This document shows positions 19,063 to 28,663 of a DNA stretch of 64,000 bases, one piece after another (positions within the stretch are counted from its first letter, which is position 1; each line of letters starts with the position of its first letter). The notes beneath the pieces were generated by a model that saw only the letters and a program-made list of their open reading frames with translations, was not told where the DNA came from and made no database searches. The DNA is from Blastocatellia bacterium (GTDB taxonomy: Bacteria; Acidobacteriota; Blastocatellia; HR10). The DNA lies in assembly GCA_025055075.1 (NCBI GenBank), contig JANWYV010000045.1:22423-86422 (forward strand), in the 5' to 3' direction. Made by a program: the position numbers and the translations under genes.

Positions 19063-19986
19063 TCAGCGCGCTTTCGGATGCGCCTTATCGTACACCTCGA
19101 TCAGCTTGTCCGCAGAGACGTGCGTGTAAATCTGCGTGGTCGTCAATCGGGCGTGACCGAGCAACTCCTGAATCGCCCGCAGATCGGCTCCCGCGTTCAA
19201 CAGATGCGTGGCGCAAGAATGGCGCAAGCTGTGCGGGCTGATGCGGAGCGGGATGTCGGCGCACATCTTCGCATATCGCGCGATGATTCGCCCGACGCTG
19301 CGCGTCGTGATGCGCGTCCCTTGGTAGTTCAGGAATAGCGCCCGCGGATCGCGCTCCTCCTCCGACGCTTGAAGCAAGAGTTGGCCCCGCACGCCCAAAT
19401 ACGCTTCCAAGGCCTCCAGCGCCTTCCGCCCGAACGGCACGATGCGCTCCCGTCGTCCCTTGCCGCGCACGCGGATCGAGCGGTGTTTGAAATCCACATC
19501 GTCGATATTCAAATTGACCAGCTCGCTCACCCGCATGCCCGTCGCATAGAGCAGCTCCAAGATGGCTCGATCCCGCTTGCCGAGAACGGTGTCCGTATCG
19601 GGAAGCTCTAAGAACCGGAAGACTTCTTCGACCGAGAGGAACTTCGGCAGCTTCCGTTCCAGCCGAGGCGTGGCCACAAGGCTCGCCGGATTCATCTCCA
19701 GGACGTGTTCGCGGCACAGGTATTTGAAGAAGCTCCGCAGCGTCGCCAGCTTTCGTGCGATCGAACTCTTCTTCTTCTGCTTCGCATGGAGCGAGGCGAG
19801 GAACTCCCGAATGGTGATATGATCAATCTGGCGCACGTCCACCGCGCGGCGATTCCCCTGCTCATCGGCGGGCGCCAAATGGTCGTAGAATTGCAAGAGG
19901 TCAATGCGATAGTTGCGCAACGTGTGTTCGGAGACGTTCCGCTCGTACTTGAGATGGTCGAGAAAGGCATCAATGTACTCTTGCAT
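19063..19986 (-). CDS. xerC: Tyrosine site-specific recombinase XerC/XerD
   Basis: The start is trimmed to ATG 19986. The N-terminus aligns with the XerC core-binding domain. The catalytic residues are R...HxxR...Y ([16 protein letters not shown]; TTQIYTHV). Confidence 0.85.
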   Translation of the reverse strand: MQEYIDAFLDHLKYERNVSEHTLRNYRIDLLQFYDHLAPADEQGNRRAVDVRQIDHITIREFLASLHAKQKKKSSIARKLATLRSFFKYLCREHVLEMNPASLVATPRLERKLPKFLSVEEVFRFLELPDTDTVLGKRDRAILELLYATGMRVSELVNLNIDDVDFKHRSIRVRGKGRRERIVPFGRKALEALEAYLGVRGQLLLQASEEERDPRALFLNYQGTRITTRSVGRIIARYAKMCADIPLRISPHSLRHSCATHLLNAGADLRAIQELLGHARLTTTQIYTHVSADKLIEVYDKAHPKAR

Positions 19987-20039
19987 GGCGTCCCTCCTCC
20001 GAGGGATTTCTCCGCGCGCCTCCCAACCGACGCCATCAT

Positions 20040-21056
20040 TCACCGCCGCGGGGCATAATAGCCCGCTCGCGCGCGAGCGATGACTCCATCGCGCTTGACG
20101 CGCACGGTCAATCGGCGAAAGGCACCATCGCGCGCCTCATTCGTGCTGTAAAAGCCCAGGACATATTGCGTCCGCAACTGTTCGACGAGCCGAGCGAAGA
20201 TCGGATCCAACTCCTCCACCTGCGTCGGCGAGAAGACTTCGCCACCCGTCTGCCGCGCCAGCAGCTCCAGGGACGTCTCGCCGATCAAGTCGCGAACGTT
20301 CGCTGAGAGGGGCTCGTCCACGTTGATGGCATAGACGGTCGCTCCCACCTCTTGCACGCGACGGAGCGCTTGACCGAGCGTCGCGCGACTGACCGTATCC
20401 CGCCCGTCGGAGAGAATGACGATGGCGCGTCGCCCTTCGATCGTCGCCAAATGCTCCGCCGCCACCACGAGAGCATCGTAGAGAGCCGTCGCCCCCTCAG
20501 CCTTGAGGCCCCGGACGGCGCTCACCAGTTGCGCGACGTCCTCGGTGAAGTTCTGCCGCAAGACGGGCTCCGTGCTCACGGAGATGAGCGCCGCCAAATC
20601 GCGCGGGCGCATGACGGAACGGAAGAAACGCGCGACGGCTTGCTTCTCGAACTCGAGCCGATTCTTGACGCTCAGGCTCGTATCCACGAGGACGACCAGA
20701 CGAAGCGGCAGAGCCGCCTCGCCGCTGAAGAACGCGATCTGCTGCGGCACGCCGTCTTCCAAGATCTCGAAGTCGTCCGGTCCCAATCCCGTGACCCATT
20801 CTCCGCGCGGCCCGAGGACGCCCACCGTGACGAGCACCAGATCCGAATGCAGCGAGATGATCTCCGGCGACGTGGGCTCCTGCGGAAGGGGGACCGACGG
20901 CTTCTCGGACTCTGGCGGCTGAGGACGATGCCCAGGTCGGACGCGCCGAGCCTGCGTGTCCTCAAGCGCCCCCCCCAGCATGATCCTGGGGTCCAGAGCG
21001 AGCCCGATCGCGGCGAGAGCGAGACCGATTCTCAATGCGCGAGTCGCACCTCTCAT
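20040..21056 (-). CDS. VWA (von Willebrand factor A) domain protein with N-terminal anchor
   Basis: The start ATG 21056 overlaps the trmFO stop. There is an N-terminal hydrophobic segment ([15 protein letters not shown]). The VWA fold carries the MIDAS motif [10 protein letters not shown]. Confidence 0.7.
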   Translation of the reverse strand: MRGATRALRIGLALAAIGLALDPRIMLGGALEDTQARRVRPGHRPQPPESEKPSVPLPQEPTSPEIISLHSDLVLVTVGVLGPRGEWVTGLGPDDFEILEDGVPQQIAFFSGEAALPLRLVVLVDTSLSVKNRLEFEKQAVARFFRSVMRPRDLAALISVSTEPVLRQNFTEDVAQLVSAVRGLKAEGATALYDALVVAAEHLATIEGRRAIVILSDGRDTVSRATLGQALRRVQEVGATVYAINVDEPLSANVRDLIGETSLELLARQTGGEVFSPTQVEELDPIFARLVEQLRTQYVLGFYSTNEARDGAFRRLTVRVKRDGVIARARAGYYAPRR

Positions 21057-22417
21057 CTCGATTCCGCCGAGAGAAGCGATGGGAGGTCCACCCTCACGCG
21101 TCGAGGGGCTATCCACTGCTCGAAATCGCAAAGCGCGCGTTCGATCTGCCGCCGATGGCGTTCCGCCTTGGGGAGCTTTCGCCCTCCCTCTTCCTCCAAA
21201 GGCGGCAAAAGCGCAAAGGTGATGTTGCCCGGTTGAAAATTCTCCGGATCGCTGTGCGCGACGTAGTGCAGGAGGCTACCGAACGCCGTCGTGCGCGGAG
21301 GAGGAACGGGCTCGCGCCCGGCCAGCAGATCGCTCACAAAGAGCGCGACCATCAATCCCGTCGCGATGCATTCCACGTATCCCTCCACGCCACAAATTTG
21401 GCCGGCGAAGAAGAGGCGAGGATCGGCGCGCAATTGCAACGTCTCCGTCAAACAGGCGGGACTGTTGATGTACGTGTTGCGATGCACCATGCCATAGCGG
21501 ATGAATTCCGCCCGTTCCAGCCCGGGAATGAGTCGAAACACGCGCTTTTGCTCACCCCACTTGAGCTGCGTCTGAAAACCGACCAAGTTGTAACTGTCGG
21601 CCAAGAGATTCTCCTGGCGCAATTGCACGACCGCATAAGGGGGTCGCCCCGTGCGCGGATCCACAAGGCCGACCGGCTTCATCGGGCCATAGAGCAGCGT
21701 CTCGCGCCCGCGTCGCGCCAATTCCTCGATCGGCAGACATCCCTCGAAATAGCACGCGCGATCGAAGTCGTGCAGCGCCACCTTCTCCGCTTGCATCAAG
21801 GCGTCGTAGAACCGGTCGTACTCCTCCTTGGTCAGCGGACAGTTCAGATAGTCATCGCCGCCTTTCCCATATCGGGAAGCGCGAAAGACGACGTCGTAGT
21901 TGATCGTCTCCGCATCGACGATCGGGCTGATGGCATCGTAGAAGTAAAGATGTCCTCGCCCTGTCAGGCGTCGAATCTCCTCCGAGAGCGCCTCCGAAGT
22001 GAGCGGCCCCGTCGCAATGATAACGATCCCATCCGAGGGGATGCGCGCGACCTCTTCTCGAATGAGGGTGATGAGCGGATGCGTCGTGATGGCTTGCGTG
22101 ATCCGCTCGGCGAACAGCTCGCGATCCACCGCGAGCGCCGCACCCGCGGGGACGCGACAGGTCGCCGCCAGCCGGATCAACAGCGATCCCGCTCGCCGCA
22201 ACTCTTCCTTCAAGAGATACGACGCCGTCCCCGGCTCATCCGACTTCAACGAGTTGCTGCAGACCAATTCCCCGAGCCGATCCGTCCGATGCGCCGGCGT
22301 CATGCGATGCGGGCGCATCTCGTAGAGACGAACCGGGATCCCCCGCTCGGCTAATTGCCACGCCGCTTCGCTTCCGGCCAATCCCCCGCCGATGATGGTC
22401 ACCGTGGATCGCAGCAT
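21053..22417 (-). CDS. trmFO: Methylenetetrahydrofolate--tRNA-(uracil54-C5)-methyltransferase TrmFO (Gid)
   Basis: The start is ATG 22417. The FAD Rossmann motif is TIIGGGLAGSEAA. The length (about 455 aa) and sequence fit TrmFO. Confidence 0.85.
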   Translation of the reverse strand: MLRSTVTIIGGGLAGSEAAWQLAERGIPVRLYEMRPHRMTPAHRTDRLGELVCSNSLKSDEPGTASYLLKEELRRAGSLLIRLAATCRVPAGAALAVDRELFAERITQAITTHPLITLIREEVARIPSDGIVIIATGPLTSEALSEEIRRLTGRGHLYFYDAISPIVDAETINYDVVFRASRYGKGGDDYLNCPLTKEEYDRFYDALMQAEKVALHDFDRACYFEGCLPIEELARRGRETLLYGPMKPVGLVDPRTGRPPYAVVQLRQENLLADSYNLVGFQTQLKWGEQKRVFRLIPGLERAEFIRYGMVHRNTYINSPACLTETLQLRADPRLFFAGQICGVEGYVECIATGLMVALFVSDLLAGREPVPPPRTTAFGSLLHYVAHSDPENFQPGNITFALLPPLEEEGGRKLPKAERHRRQIERALCDFEQWIAPRRVRVDLPSLLSAESR

Positions 22418-22493
22418 GCCGTTATGAGTGTAGCATCGTCCACTCCCCCTCGACAACGACGGGCCGAGGGCTTCTTCCGCACGACGGCTCGAG

Positions 22494-22769
22494 TCACTCG
22501 TCGAGAAATCGCTCGGGATGATCTCGATATTCCAGGGCGCGACGTCGCGTGCGCAAGAAGTTCACAGCCGCCCAGAGCGCGACGACACTGAAGAGCAAGT
22601 AGAGCGGCATGTTGAAGACGCCCATCGGCTGCCAGAATGCATGGATAAGCGCCAGGAGATTCGTCACGCTGATGATGAGCGCGATGATGGCGAGCGCGCC
22701 AAAGAGTGTGGCGCGGCGGGTCAAGGCGACGTAGAGACGTTGGCGCTCGCGCTCCTCCTCAGAAGACAT
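22494..22769 (-). CDS. Small two-helix membrane protein (hypothetical)
   Basis: 91 aa with two hydrophobic helices. The start codon overlaps the upstream dsbA-like stop by 1 nt. Confidence 0.45.
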   Translation of the reverse strand: MSSEEERERQRLYVALTRRATLFGALAIIALIISVTNLLALIHAFWQPMGVFNMPLYLLFSVVALWAAVNFLRTRRRALEYRDHPERFLDE

Positions 22770-23548
22770 CAGGATGATCCCCCCTCGCGCAAAAGCTCCT
22801 CGATCGTTTGCTGAAAGGCCTCATAGGGCTGAGCCCCGCGCAGCACGCGCATGACGCGGACTTTCTCCCCAGGCTCGGCGAAGCCCACGAAGAACGAGGG
22901 CGTGCCGCGCACGCCCGCCCGTTGTCCCTCCGACAGATCGCGCCGCACGCGCTCGGCGAATCGCCGTCCCTCCAGACATTGCTGAAATCGCCGCGGATTG
23001 AGGCCAAGAGCTTCCGCATGCGCGATGAGATCCTCCCTCTGGAGCGCGTTCTGATGGGCGAAGAGGCGGTCGTGCATCTCCCAGAACTTCCCTTGTTCTC
23101 CCGCGCATCGAGCGGCCTCCGCGGCTTGGAAGGCTTGAGGATGAATCGCCTCCAACGGGAAATCCCGGAAGACGTATCTCACCTTCCCCGTCCGCACGTA
23201 GGCGCGCTCGATCTTCGGAACCGTCTCCCGAACATGCCGCGCGCAGAAGGGACATTGATAGTCCGAGAACTCCACGATCACCAGGCGGGCGTCCTTGGCT
23301 CCTTTGGAAGGCGCTCCAGCGATGTCCAGCACGATCTCAGATGGCGGCTTCTCGGCCACAAAGCGCGGTGTTGAGCGCGGTGCTTCCGCTCGTCGCGCCG
23401 GTGCGGATGCCGGAGGCGCCGTTTCCGTCACTGATCGCCGAGCCGATCGGCCCAAGTATCCAATCCCCCCGACGACCACCACACCCAGAAGGATCAGGAT
23501 CAGTGGAGCGAACACTTGCTCTCGAGTTGTTGGCGGCTTTCCACTCAT
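22769..23548 (-). CDS. DsbA-family thiol:disulfide oxidoreductase (membrane-anchored thioredoxin fold)
   Basis: An N-terminal TM precedes a thioredoxin fold. The active site is CPFC (DYQCPFCARH). Confidence 0.75.
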   Translation of the reverse strand: MSGKPPTTREQVFAPLILILLGVVVVGGIGYLGRSARRSVTETAPPASAPARRAEAPRSTPRFVAEKPPSEIVLDIAGAPSKGAKDARLVIVEFSDYQCPFCARHVRETVPKIERAYVRTGKVRYVFRDFPLEAIHPQAFQAAEAARCAGEQGKFWEMHDRLFAHQNALQREDLIAHAEALGLNPRRFQQCLEGRRFAERVRRDLSEGQRAGVRGTPSFFVGFAEPGEKVRVMRVLRGAQPYEAFQQTIEELLREGGSS

Positions 23549-23585
23549 CGTCGGCTATTTTAGGGTGTCGCTCTCGCTGCGTCAA

Positions 23586-24959
23586 TCACGGCCGCCGTTC
23601 GCCCGGATCATACAGCTCGAATGTCGCTCGCGGACGAGGTGGATTCACGTAGGCCGCGACCAAGCTTTCGTTCCCATCTTTGTCCACGGCCTTTACGCCA
23701 AAGGTCACGGCATCAATGGAGACGCCTTCGAGCACATACTCGTTCACCGGCCCCACGAAGATCTCTCGCTCCCAATCCGGCGCCGTCGTCGCTCGCATGA
23801 CGACGACATATCCGGCCAGGTCCGACTCCGGATTCTCATTCCGCCACCGGAGATGTGCGGCATATCCCGAACGCCCGCGTCCGATCAGCGGCATACCGCG
23901 CTCGGTCGTCACGACGGGCGGCTTCGGCGCCAGAGCGAGACTGGCCGCCACCGCAGCATTGATTCGCGTCACAAGTGTCGTGTACGCCGGCGATGCATTG
24001 GCGAACGTATCGGTCGCCGAATGCTGATGCGCGAAATTCTCGTTCGGCGTCGTCAATCGCACGGCCGGATATCCCTCGTGATTGAAGGGGGTATGATCCC
24101 CACCGCGCCCGAACCGATCGTGCCGGAAGATCATCTCCACGCGCATGGCGGGGACATACAACTCGCCGATGCGCTTGACATATCGCGCCAACTGTCGCGA
24201 GGGCGAATCCGCCGGGTCTTCCGAAAAGACCCAGACGACGCGATTGGCCGAAGCACCATCGCCAGCCACATCGCTGCCGATGATGTCGTTGTTGAGCACG
24301 GCCTCGATGATCTGGCCCTCGCGCCGCGCCTTCTGCGCATAGAGCGTGCTGCCGACCAAGCCCTGCTCCTCACCCGCGAAAGCGATGAAGACGAGCGTCT
24401 TCTCGAACTCATATTGGCTGAGCACACGGGCCAATTCGAGCACAGCGGCCGTTCCACTGCCGTTGTCGGTCACCCCAGGCGCGAAGACGTCCGTCTGCGT
24501 CCAATCCACTTGACCGTCCGGTCCGCGCACGATCGCCAGAGAGTCGTAGTGCGCGCAGATGATGATGCGCCGTTCGGGTTGACGCGTCCCCGGCAAAACG
24601 GCGACGACATTGCGCAGTTCGACATCGCGCACGAGGCGCTGGCCTTGCTTCTTCACGTAGTACGTGTCGAAGCTCACCTGAAGGCGCGGGCTATAGCTCC
24701 GAAATTGCTCGAAGATCCATGCGCGCGCTGCCCCGATGCCTCGCGTCGGATGCGTCGGGTCTGAGAGCGTATGCCGCGTCTCGAAACTCTCGAGCTTTTT
24801 CAAATTCTCGGCGATCCGTTCCTCCGAGATCGCCGCCACGATCTGTTGCACAATCGGATTCACTCGCCCGTAGGGCTCTGCCGCGATCCCGGAGGGCAAA
24901 TCTCTCATCGAACCGATCAAAAGGAGGCTGATCGCGATCGTTCGGCCGAAGTGTCGCAT
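23586..24959 (-). CDS. Secreted M28-family zinc aminopeptidase with C-terminal beta-rich domain
   Basis: The start is trimmed to ATG 24959. The track ORF has a 118-codon extension. It has a signal peptide. M28 motifs are present (AHYDS, DNGSGTAAVLE, AGEEQGLVGS, HTPFNHEGYP). Confidence 0.75.
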   Translation of the reverse strand: MRHFGRTIAISLLLIGSMRDLPSGIAAEPYGRVNPIVQQIVAAISEERIAENLKKLESFETRHTLSDPTHPTRGIGAARAWIFEQFRSYSPRLQVSFDTYYVKKQGQRLVRDVELRNVVAVLPGTRQPERRIIICAHYDSLAIVRGPDGQVDWTQTDVFAPGVTDNGSGTAAVLELARVLSQYEFEKTLVFIAFAGEEQGLVGSTLYAQKARREGQIIEAVLNNDIIGSDVAGDGASANRVVWVFSEDPADSPSRQLARYVKRIGELYVPAMRVEMIFRHDRFGRGGDHTPFNHEGYPAVRLTTPNENFAHQHSATDTFANASPAYTTLVTRINAAVAASLALAPKPPVVTTERGMPLIGRGRSGYAAHLRWRNENPESDLAGYVVVMRATTAPDWEREIFVGPVNEYVLEGVSIDAVTFGVKAVDKDGNESLVAAYVNPPRPRATFELYDPGERRP

Positions 24960-25075
24960 TGTCGTCCTCCTCGCGAAAGACTCGGCACACGGAGAGGGAT
25001 TGTACCACAGGTCGAAGCGGAAAGACCTTGCTCGGCGCTTCCTCCGATTGCTATACTTCGCGCCCAGCGCGTCGA

Positions 25076-25924
25076 ATGCGTCGTAAGACCGTGCCGGGAT
25101 CGAAGCGTCGGCCAGGAGCACCGCCGCTCCTAGCGGATCCTCCTCGCACGGATGAGTTCGCACTCCGCGCGTATGGAGTGCGCATCGGTATACGGACGGA
25201 CGATCCGTACGTCTTGGATCGAATCCGCGCGTACCTCCCGCCTGGCTGGAAGCCTGTGGAATCCTCGCGCGTCGAGCGCCTCTATGTCGTTCGCCGCGGC
25301 GCGTCGTCGTCAACCTATATTCTCTACGCCGACGCGCGACAGATGCTTCAGACAGAATCGCTCGAACAACTTCTCTCCAACCTCGCTCTCGATCTCCACT
25401 TCTACATCGCCGAGCGCGCGCGCGACCATCTCTTCATCCATGCGGGAGTCGTCGGCTGGGGAGGGCGCGCGATCGTCATCCCGGGGCGAAGCTCCAGCGG
25501 GAAGACCACACTCGTTCGGGCCCTTCTCCACTGCGGAGCGACGTACTATTCGGACGAGTATGCCGTGTTCGATCGGCATGGGTGCGTCCATCCTTTCCCC
25601 ACTCCGCTTTTCTTCCGCCGAGAGGGCGAGGAGGGAGAGCCGATGTTGATCGAAACGCTCGGCAGTTCGGTGGGGACGGTGCCGTTGCCGGTGGGCCTCA
25701 TCGTGTTCACCGCCTACGATCCGACATGCCAATGGCGTCCCCGGCGTCTCTCCCCGGGCGAAGCCTTGCTCGATCTTCTGTCCCACACGATCTCCGCGCG
25801 ACGTCATCCGGCATTTGCCCTTGCTGTGCTCTCTCGCGTCGCCTCTCGCGCGATCGCCCTCAAGGGAAAGCGGGGCGAAGCCGAGCCGACGGCACAAGAG
25901 ATCTTGAGCCGCGCCGTCCTCTAA
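25076..25924 (+). CDS. HprK-related P-loop kinase-like protein
   Basis: The P-loop GRSSSGKTT lies in an HprK C-terminal-domain-like context. The start is uncertain. The track uses TTG 24959, which overlaps the divergent M28 start. ATG 25076 was chosen instead. Confidence 0.55.
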   Translation: MRRKTVPGSKRRPGAPPLLADPPRTDEFALRAYGVRIGIRTDDPYVLDRIRAYLPPGWKPVESSRVERLYVVRRGASSSTYILYADARQMLQTESLEQLLSNLALDLHFYIAERARDHLFIHAGVVGWGGRAIVIPGRSSSGKTTLVRALLHCGATYYSDEYAVFDRHGCVHPFPTPLFFRREGEEGEPMLIETLGSSVGTVPLPVGLIVFTAYDPTCQWRPRRLSPGEALLDLLSHTISARRHPAFALAVLSRVASRAIALKGKRGEAEPTAQEILSRAVL

Positions 25925-25932
25925 GGGAGGTC

Positions 25933-26091
25933 ATGAGCACGCGATTCTCCGGGATCGAAGGGCTGCGCGCGACCTCGTCCAATGAGGCATTTCCAATCGG
26001 CGCTTGCGTTGAGAATCGTCCATGCGAAGAGCGCTTCTCGTCTCCTCCATGTTCGTCGCTAAGGGACAAGGGCAAAAGCGCGGTGCTTTGA
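25933..26091 (+). CDS. Speculative 52-codon ORF (candidate small peptide) overlapping the kinase/NTase junction
   Basis: The peptide is MSTRFSGIEGLRATSSNEAFPIGACVENRPCEERFSSPPCSSLRDKGKSAVL. AAGGGAGG lies immediately upstream with short spacing. The ORF overlaps the 5' end of the next gene in another frame. Its third-position GC is lower than its neighbours, so it may not be translated. Confidence 0.15.
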   Translation: MSTRFSGIEGLRATSSNEAFPIGACVENRPCEERFSSPPCSSLRDKGKSAVL

Positions 26092-27101
26092 TCGCGCGCG
26101 CGCTGACCGGATGCTGGCGCGCTACGCCACCGCCATGGGATCTCCGATCTGAGGAGCTGGACGACGTCGGCCAGCTCCTTCTCGACTTCGGGGTCGCCGG
26201 CCTTGTGTGGCACCGGCTTCGCGTCTCGCGCGCAGAGGCCACGCGTTGGACCTTTCGGTTCCATCAAGCCGCTCGCGCGTGCATTCTGCATGCCCTCCAG
26301 CAAGAACGATGGCTCGTTCGCGCGCTCGCTTGCTTCACAGCAGCCGGAATCGAGCCGATCCTCGGAAAGGGATGGGCGGCCGCGCAATCGTACGCGGCCC
26401 CGAACCTTCGACCGTACGGCGACGCTGATCTCTATATCCCTGTCGAGCACGCGGCGAAGGCCTTCGCCCTTCTCAACGATCCTCAATTCCCCCCTTGCTC
26501 TGTGGACCTACACGTGGGATTCGCCGAGTTAGATGATCGCACGCCAGAGCAGTTGTACGCGCGCTCCCGCCGCATTCCGCTCGAGGGAACGATGATCCGC
26601 GTCTTCGGACCGGAAGATCACCTGCGCTTGATGGCCTTGCACCTATTGCGACATGGGGCGCGACGTCCGCTCTGGCTCTGTGATGTCGCTGCCGCGCTCG
26701 AAACGCGGCCTCCGGATTTCGACTGGGAATACTTCCTCAGCGGGGATCGCCAGCGTTCGGAATGGGTGATGGTCGCTCTGGCCCTCGCTCACCAGTTGCT
26801 CGGCGCGCGCATCGAAGATGTGCCGTTCGCGATTGCTCGCCTTCCTCAGTGGATTCCTTCAACCGTCCTCCGCGAATGGGAGAAGCCCTATCATCCCCGC
26901 GTACCGTTGGAAGTGACGTTTCGATCCTTCAGCCTCTTCGTCCGTGAGCTGATCCGGAAATGGCCGAATCCAATTGAAGCGACCGTGACGGCGAGGGGGA
27001 GATTCGACGAAGGGCCGCGCTTTCCGCTTCAACTCGCCGATTGCGTGATTCGCGCGGGACGATGGTTGCGAAGGATCGGTGCTCGACGTTACCGCCCGTG
27101 A
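26022..27101 (+). CDS. PF14907-like uncharacterised nucleotidyltransferase family protein
   Basis: 359 aa. A helical N-domain (LIARALTGCW...DVGQLLLDFGVAGLVWHRL) is followed by a pol-beta-type NTase core (PYGDADLYIPVEH). The start is somewhere in 26022-26049. Confidence 0.55.
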   Translation: MRRALLVSSMFVAKGQGQKRGALIARALTGCWRATPPPWDLRSEELDDVGQLLLDFGVAGLVWHRLRVSRAEATRWTFRFHQAARACILHALQQERWLVRALACFTAAGIEPILGKGWAAAQSYAAPNLRPYGDADLYIPVEHAAKAFALLNDPQFPPCSVDLHVGFAELDDRTPEQLYARSRRIPLEGTMIRVFGPEDHLRLMALHLLRHGARRPLWLCDVAAALETRPPDFDWEYFLSGDRQRSEWVMVALALAHQLLGARIEDVPFAIARLPQWIPSTVLREWEKPYHPRVPLEVTFRSFSLFVRELIRKWPNPIEATVTARGRFDEGPRFPLQLADCVIRAGRWLRRIGARRYRP

Positions 27102-27108
27102 CTTTCCT

Positions 27109-27822
27109 TCACGGACGGAGCGCCGCGCGCATCTTCAAGCTCGCGATTCGTTGTCGAACGGCCTCCACGTTGGGCAGATCGGATGGGAAGGAGAAGGCTT
27201 CGGCGCCCGGCACCAATCCCTCGCGAGCTTCTTCGGAGAGCATCTCGGCATGAGCGCTCGCGATCTGCACGTAGGTTTCAAATTGCGCGATCGCCAGCGC
27301 CCACTTCTCCTGTCGCTCGTAGACTTCGCCGAGGTAGTAATGCGCCAGGGGGAATTCGACCGGCGCGCTCAACTCGATAGCGCGCTGCAGTTCCTGTTCT
27401 GCGCGCTCCCATTCCCCTTTCGCCAGATACGCGCGCCCCAGCTCCAGGCGGACCGCTGGCGTCTCGTAGCCCTTCCGAATAGCTTCGCCGAGCTGGGCGA
27501 TCGCATCATCGAAAAGATCGGCATCCAGAAAGACCTTCGCCAGCTCGTAGTGGATGGCCGGATGCGAATACCCTTGCGCAATGGCCGTCTGAAACTCCGC
27601 GATCGCGCCCTTCACATCGCCGAGGGCATAAAAGAGGATTTGCGCGAGCTTGTAGTGCGCTTCGGGGAAGTCTGGTTTCAACGCGATGGCGCGCCGCAAT
27701 TCGGCTGCCGCCAACTCATACTGCCGTTCGTTGAGCAATTGCTCAGCGCGTGCGTAATGGTCTTCGGCGCGAGGAGCGAGCGATCGGCACGCCGCCAGGC
27801 CCCCAAGAACAAGGATCCCCAT
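27109..27822 (-). CDS. TPR-repeat lipoprotein
   Basis: The start is trimmed to ATG 27822, which gives the lipobox MGILVLGGLAAC. There are at least 5 TPR-like repeats (for example AHYKLAQILFYALGDVKGAIAEFQTAIAQ). Confidence 0.65.
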   Translation of the reverse strand: MGILVLGGLAACRSLAPRAEDHYARAEQLLNERQYELAAAELRRAIALKPDFPEAHYKLAQILFYALGDVKGAIAEFQTAIAQGYSHPAIHYELAKVFLDADLFDDAIAQLGEAIRKGYETPAVRLELGRAYLAKGEWERAEQELQRAIELSAPVEFPLAHYYLGEVYERQEKWALAIAQFETYVQIASAHAEMLSEEAREGLVPGAEAFSFPSDLPNVEAVRQRIASLKMRAALRP

Positions 27823-27934
27823 CACGATGCCGACGCGTCGCGCATGAGTCCACCACAGCGCGTTTCGAGAGATCGCCTCGCTATCGCACCTCGGAGGTCT
27901 CCCTCCGATGGCCTTTAGGCGAGACGTCTCCACC

Positions 27935-28531
27935 TCACCACCCATACGGCGAGTAGTACGGGTTCCGCCCGGCCGCGTGATCCGTCGTGTCGAAGATGTT
28001 CCCGACCTCTGGGATGTGCTCGCGGATGATCTCCTCGATCCCCATCTTCAACGTGATGTTCGCCGCACCGCACCCCTGACATCCGCCGCCCATGCGCAAG
28101 AAGACGTCGTTGTCAATCACATCGATCAACTCGACGAACCCGCCATGCATGGCGACCGCCGGATTGATGTAATTGTCCAGCAGCTCCTGGACCTTCCGAC
28201 GAATCTCCTCGCTCGACTGGCGGCGCGCGCGCACTTCTTCAGAGACCGGCGGAACGCCCGAACGAATGACCTCACGAATGGCCGCACCGATTTGCTTGGC
28301 CACCGGTACCCAATCCTCGAAATCTTCCTTGGTGACGGTGATGACGTTCCCCGAGACGAGGACGGCCGAGATGTGCTCGTTCACCGCAAAGATGGCCTCC
28401 GCTATGGGCGAGCCTTTCGCCTCCTCGCGACTGCGAAAATAGGCCGCTCCCTCGTACACCGGACGATCCACCGTGAACCGACATTTCGAGGGATCGGGTT
28501 GAATCTCCGCCATGATTTTGATCTCATCCAT
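27935..28531 (-). CDS. Nfu-type Fe-S cluster scaffold/carrier (Nfu_N + NifU C-terminal domain)
   Basis: The start is ATG 28531. The N-domain is MDEIKIMAEIQPDP. The C-domain CxxC is LRMGGGCQGCGAA. Confidence 0.75.
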   Translation of the reverse strand: MDEIKIMAEIQPDPSKCRFTVDRPVYEGAAYFRSREEAKGSPIAEAIFAVNEHISAVLVSGNVITVTKEDFEDWVPVAKQIGAAIREVIRSGVPPVSEEVRARRQSSEEIRRKVQELLDNYINPAVAMHGGFVELIDVIDNDVFLRMGGGCQGCGAANITLKMGIEEIIREHIPEVGNIFDTTDHAAGRNPYYSPYGW

Positions 28532-28663
28532 CGCGCATATCCTCCGTAGATCAATGCTCACCGGAGCGCGCGCTCTCCCCGCATGCGGATGAGCCGTAGC
28601 TCCGGTTTCCTCGCGCCCCTTGGGCGAGAGCCGATGTCAAAGCGACGACTTGCCGTCTTCCGC

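Noticed and set aside
19063-19986. Tyrosine recombinase as a marker of an integrated mobile element or genomic island
   Set aside because: The N-terminus aligns with housekeeping XerC/XerD. It sits in the conserved trmFO-xerC context. No flanking tRNA, direct repeats, phage or IS genes were seen.
23295-24764. 489-aa plus-strand ORF opposite the M28 peptidase gene
   Set aside because: It is antisense to a well-supported gene, is Arg-rich with low-complexity translation, and has no motifs. It is a GC-content artefact.
25152-25649. 165-aa ORF in an alternate frame of the HprK-like gene
   Set aside because: It overlaps the P-loop kinase ORF, which has the meaningful motifs. It has no motifs of its own.
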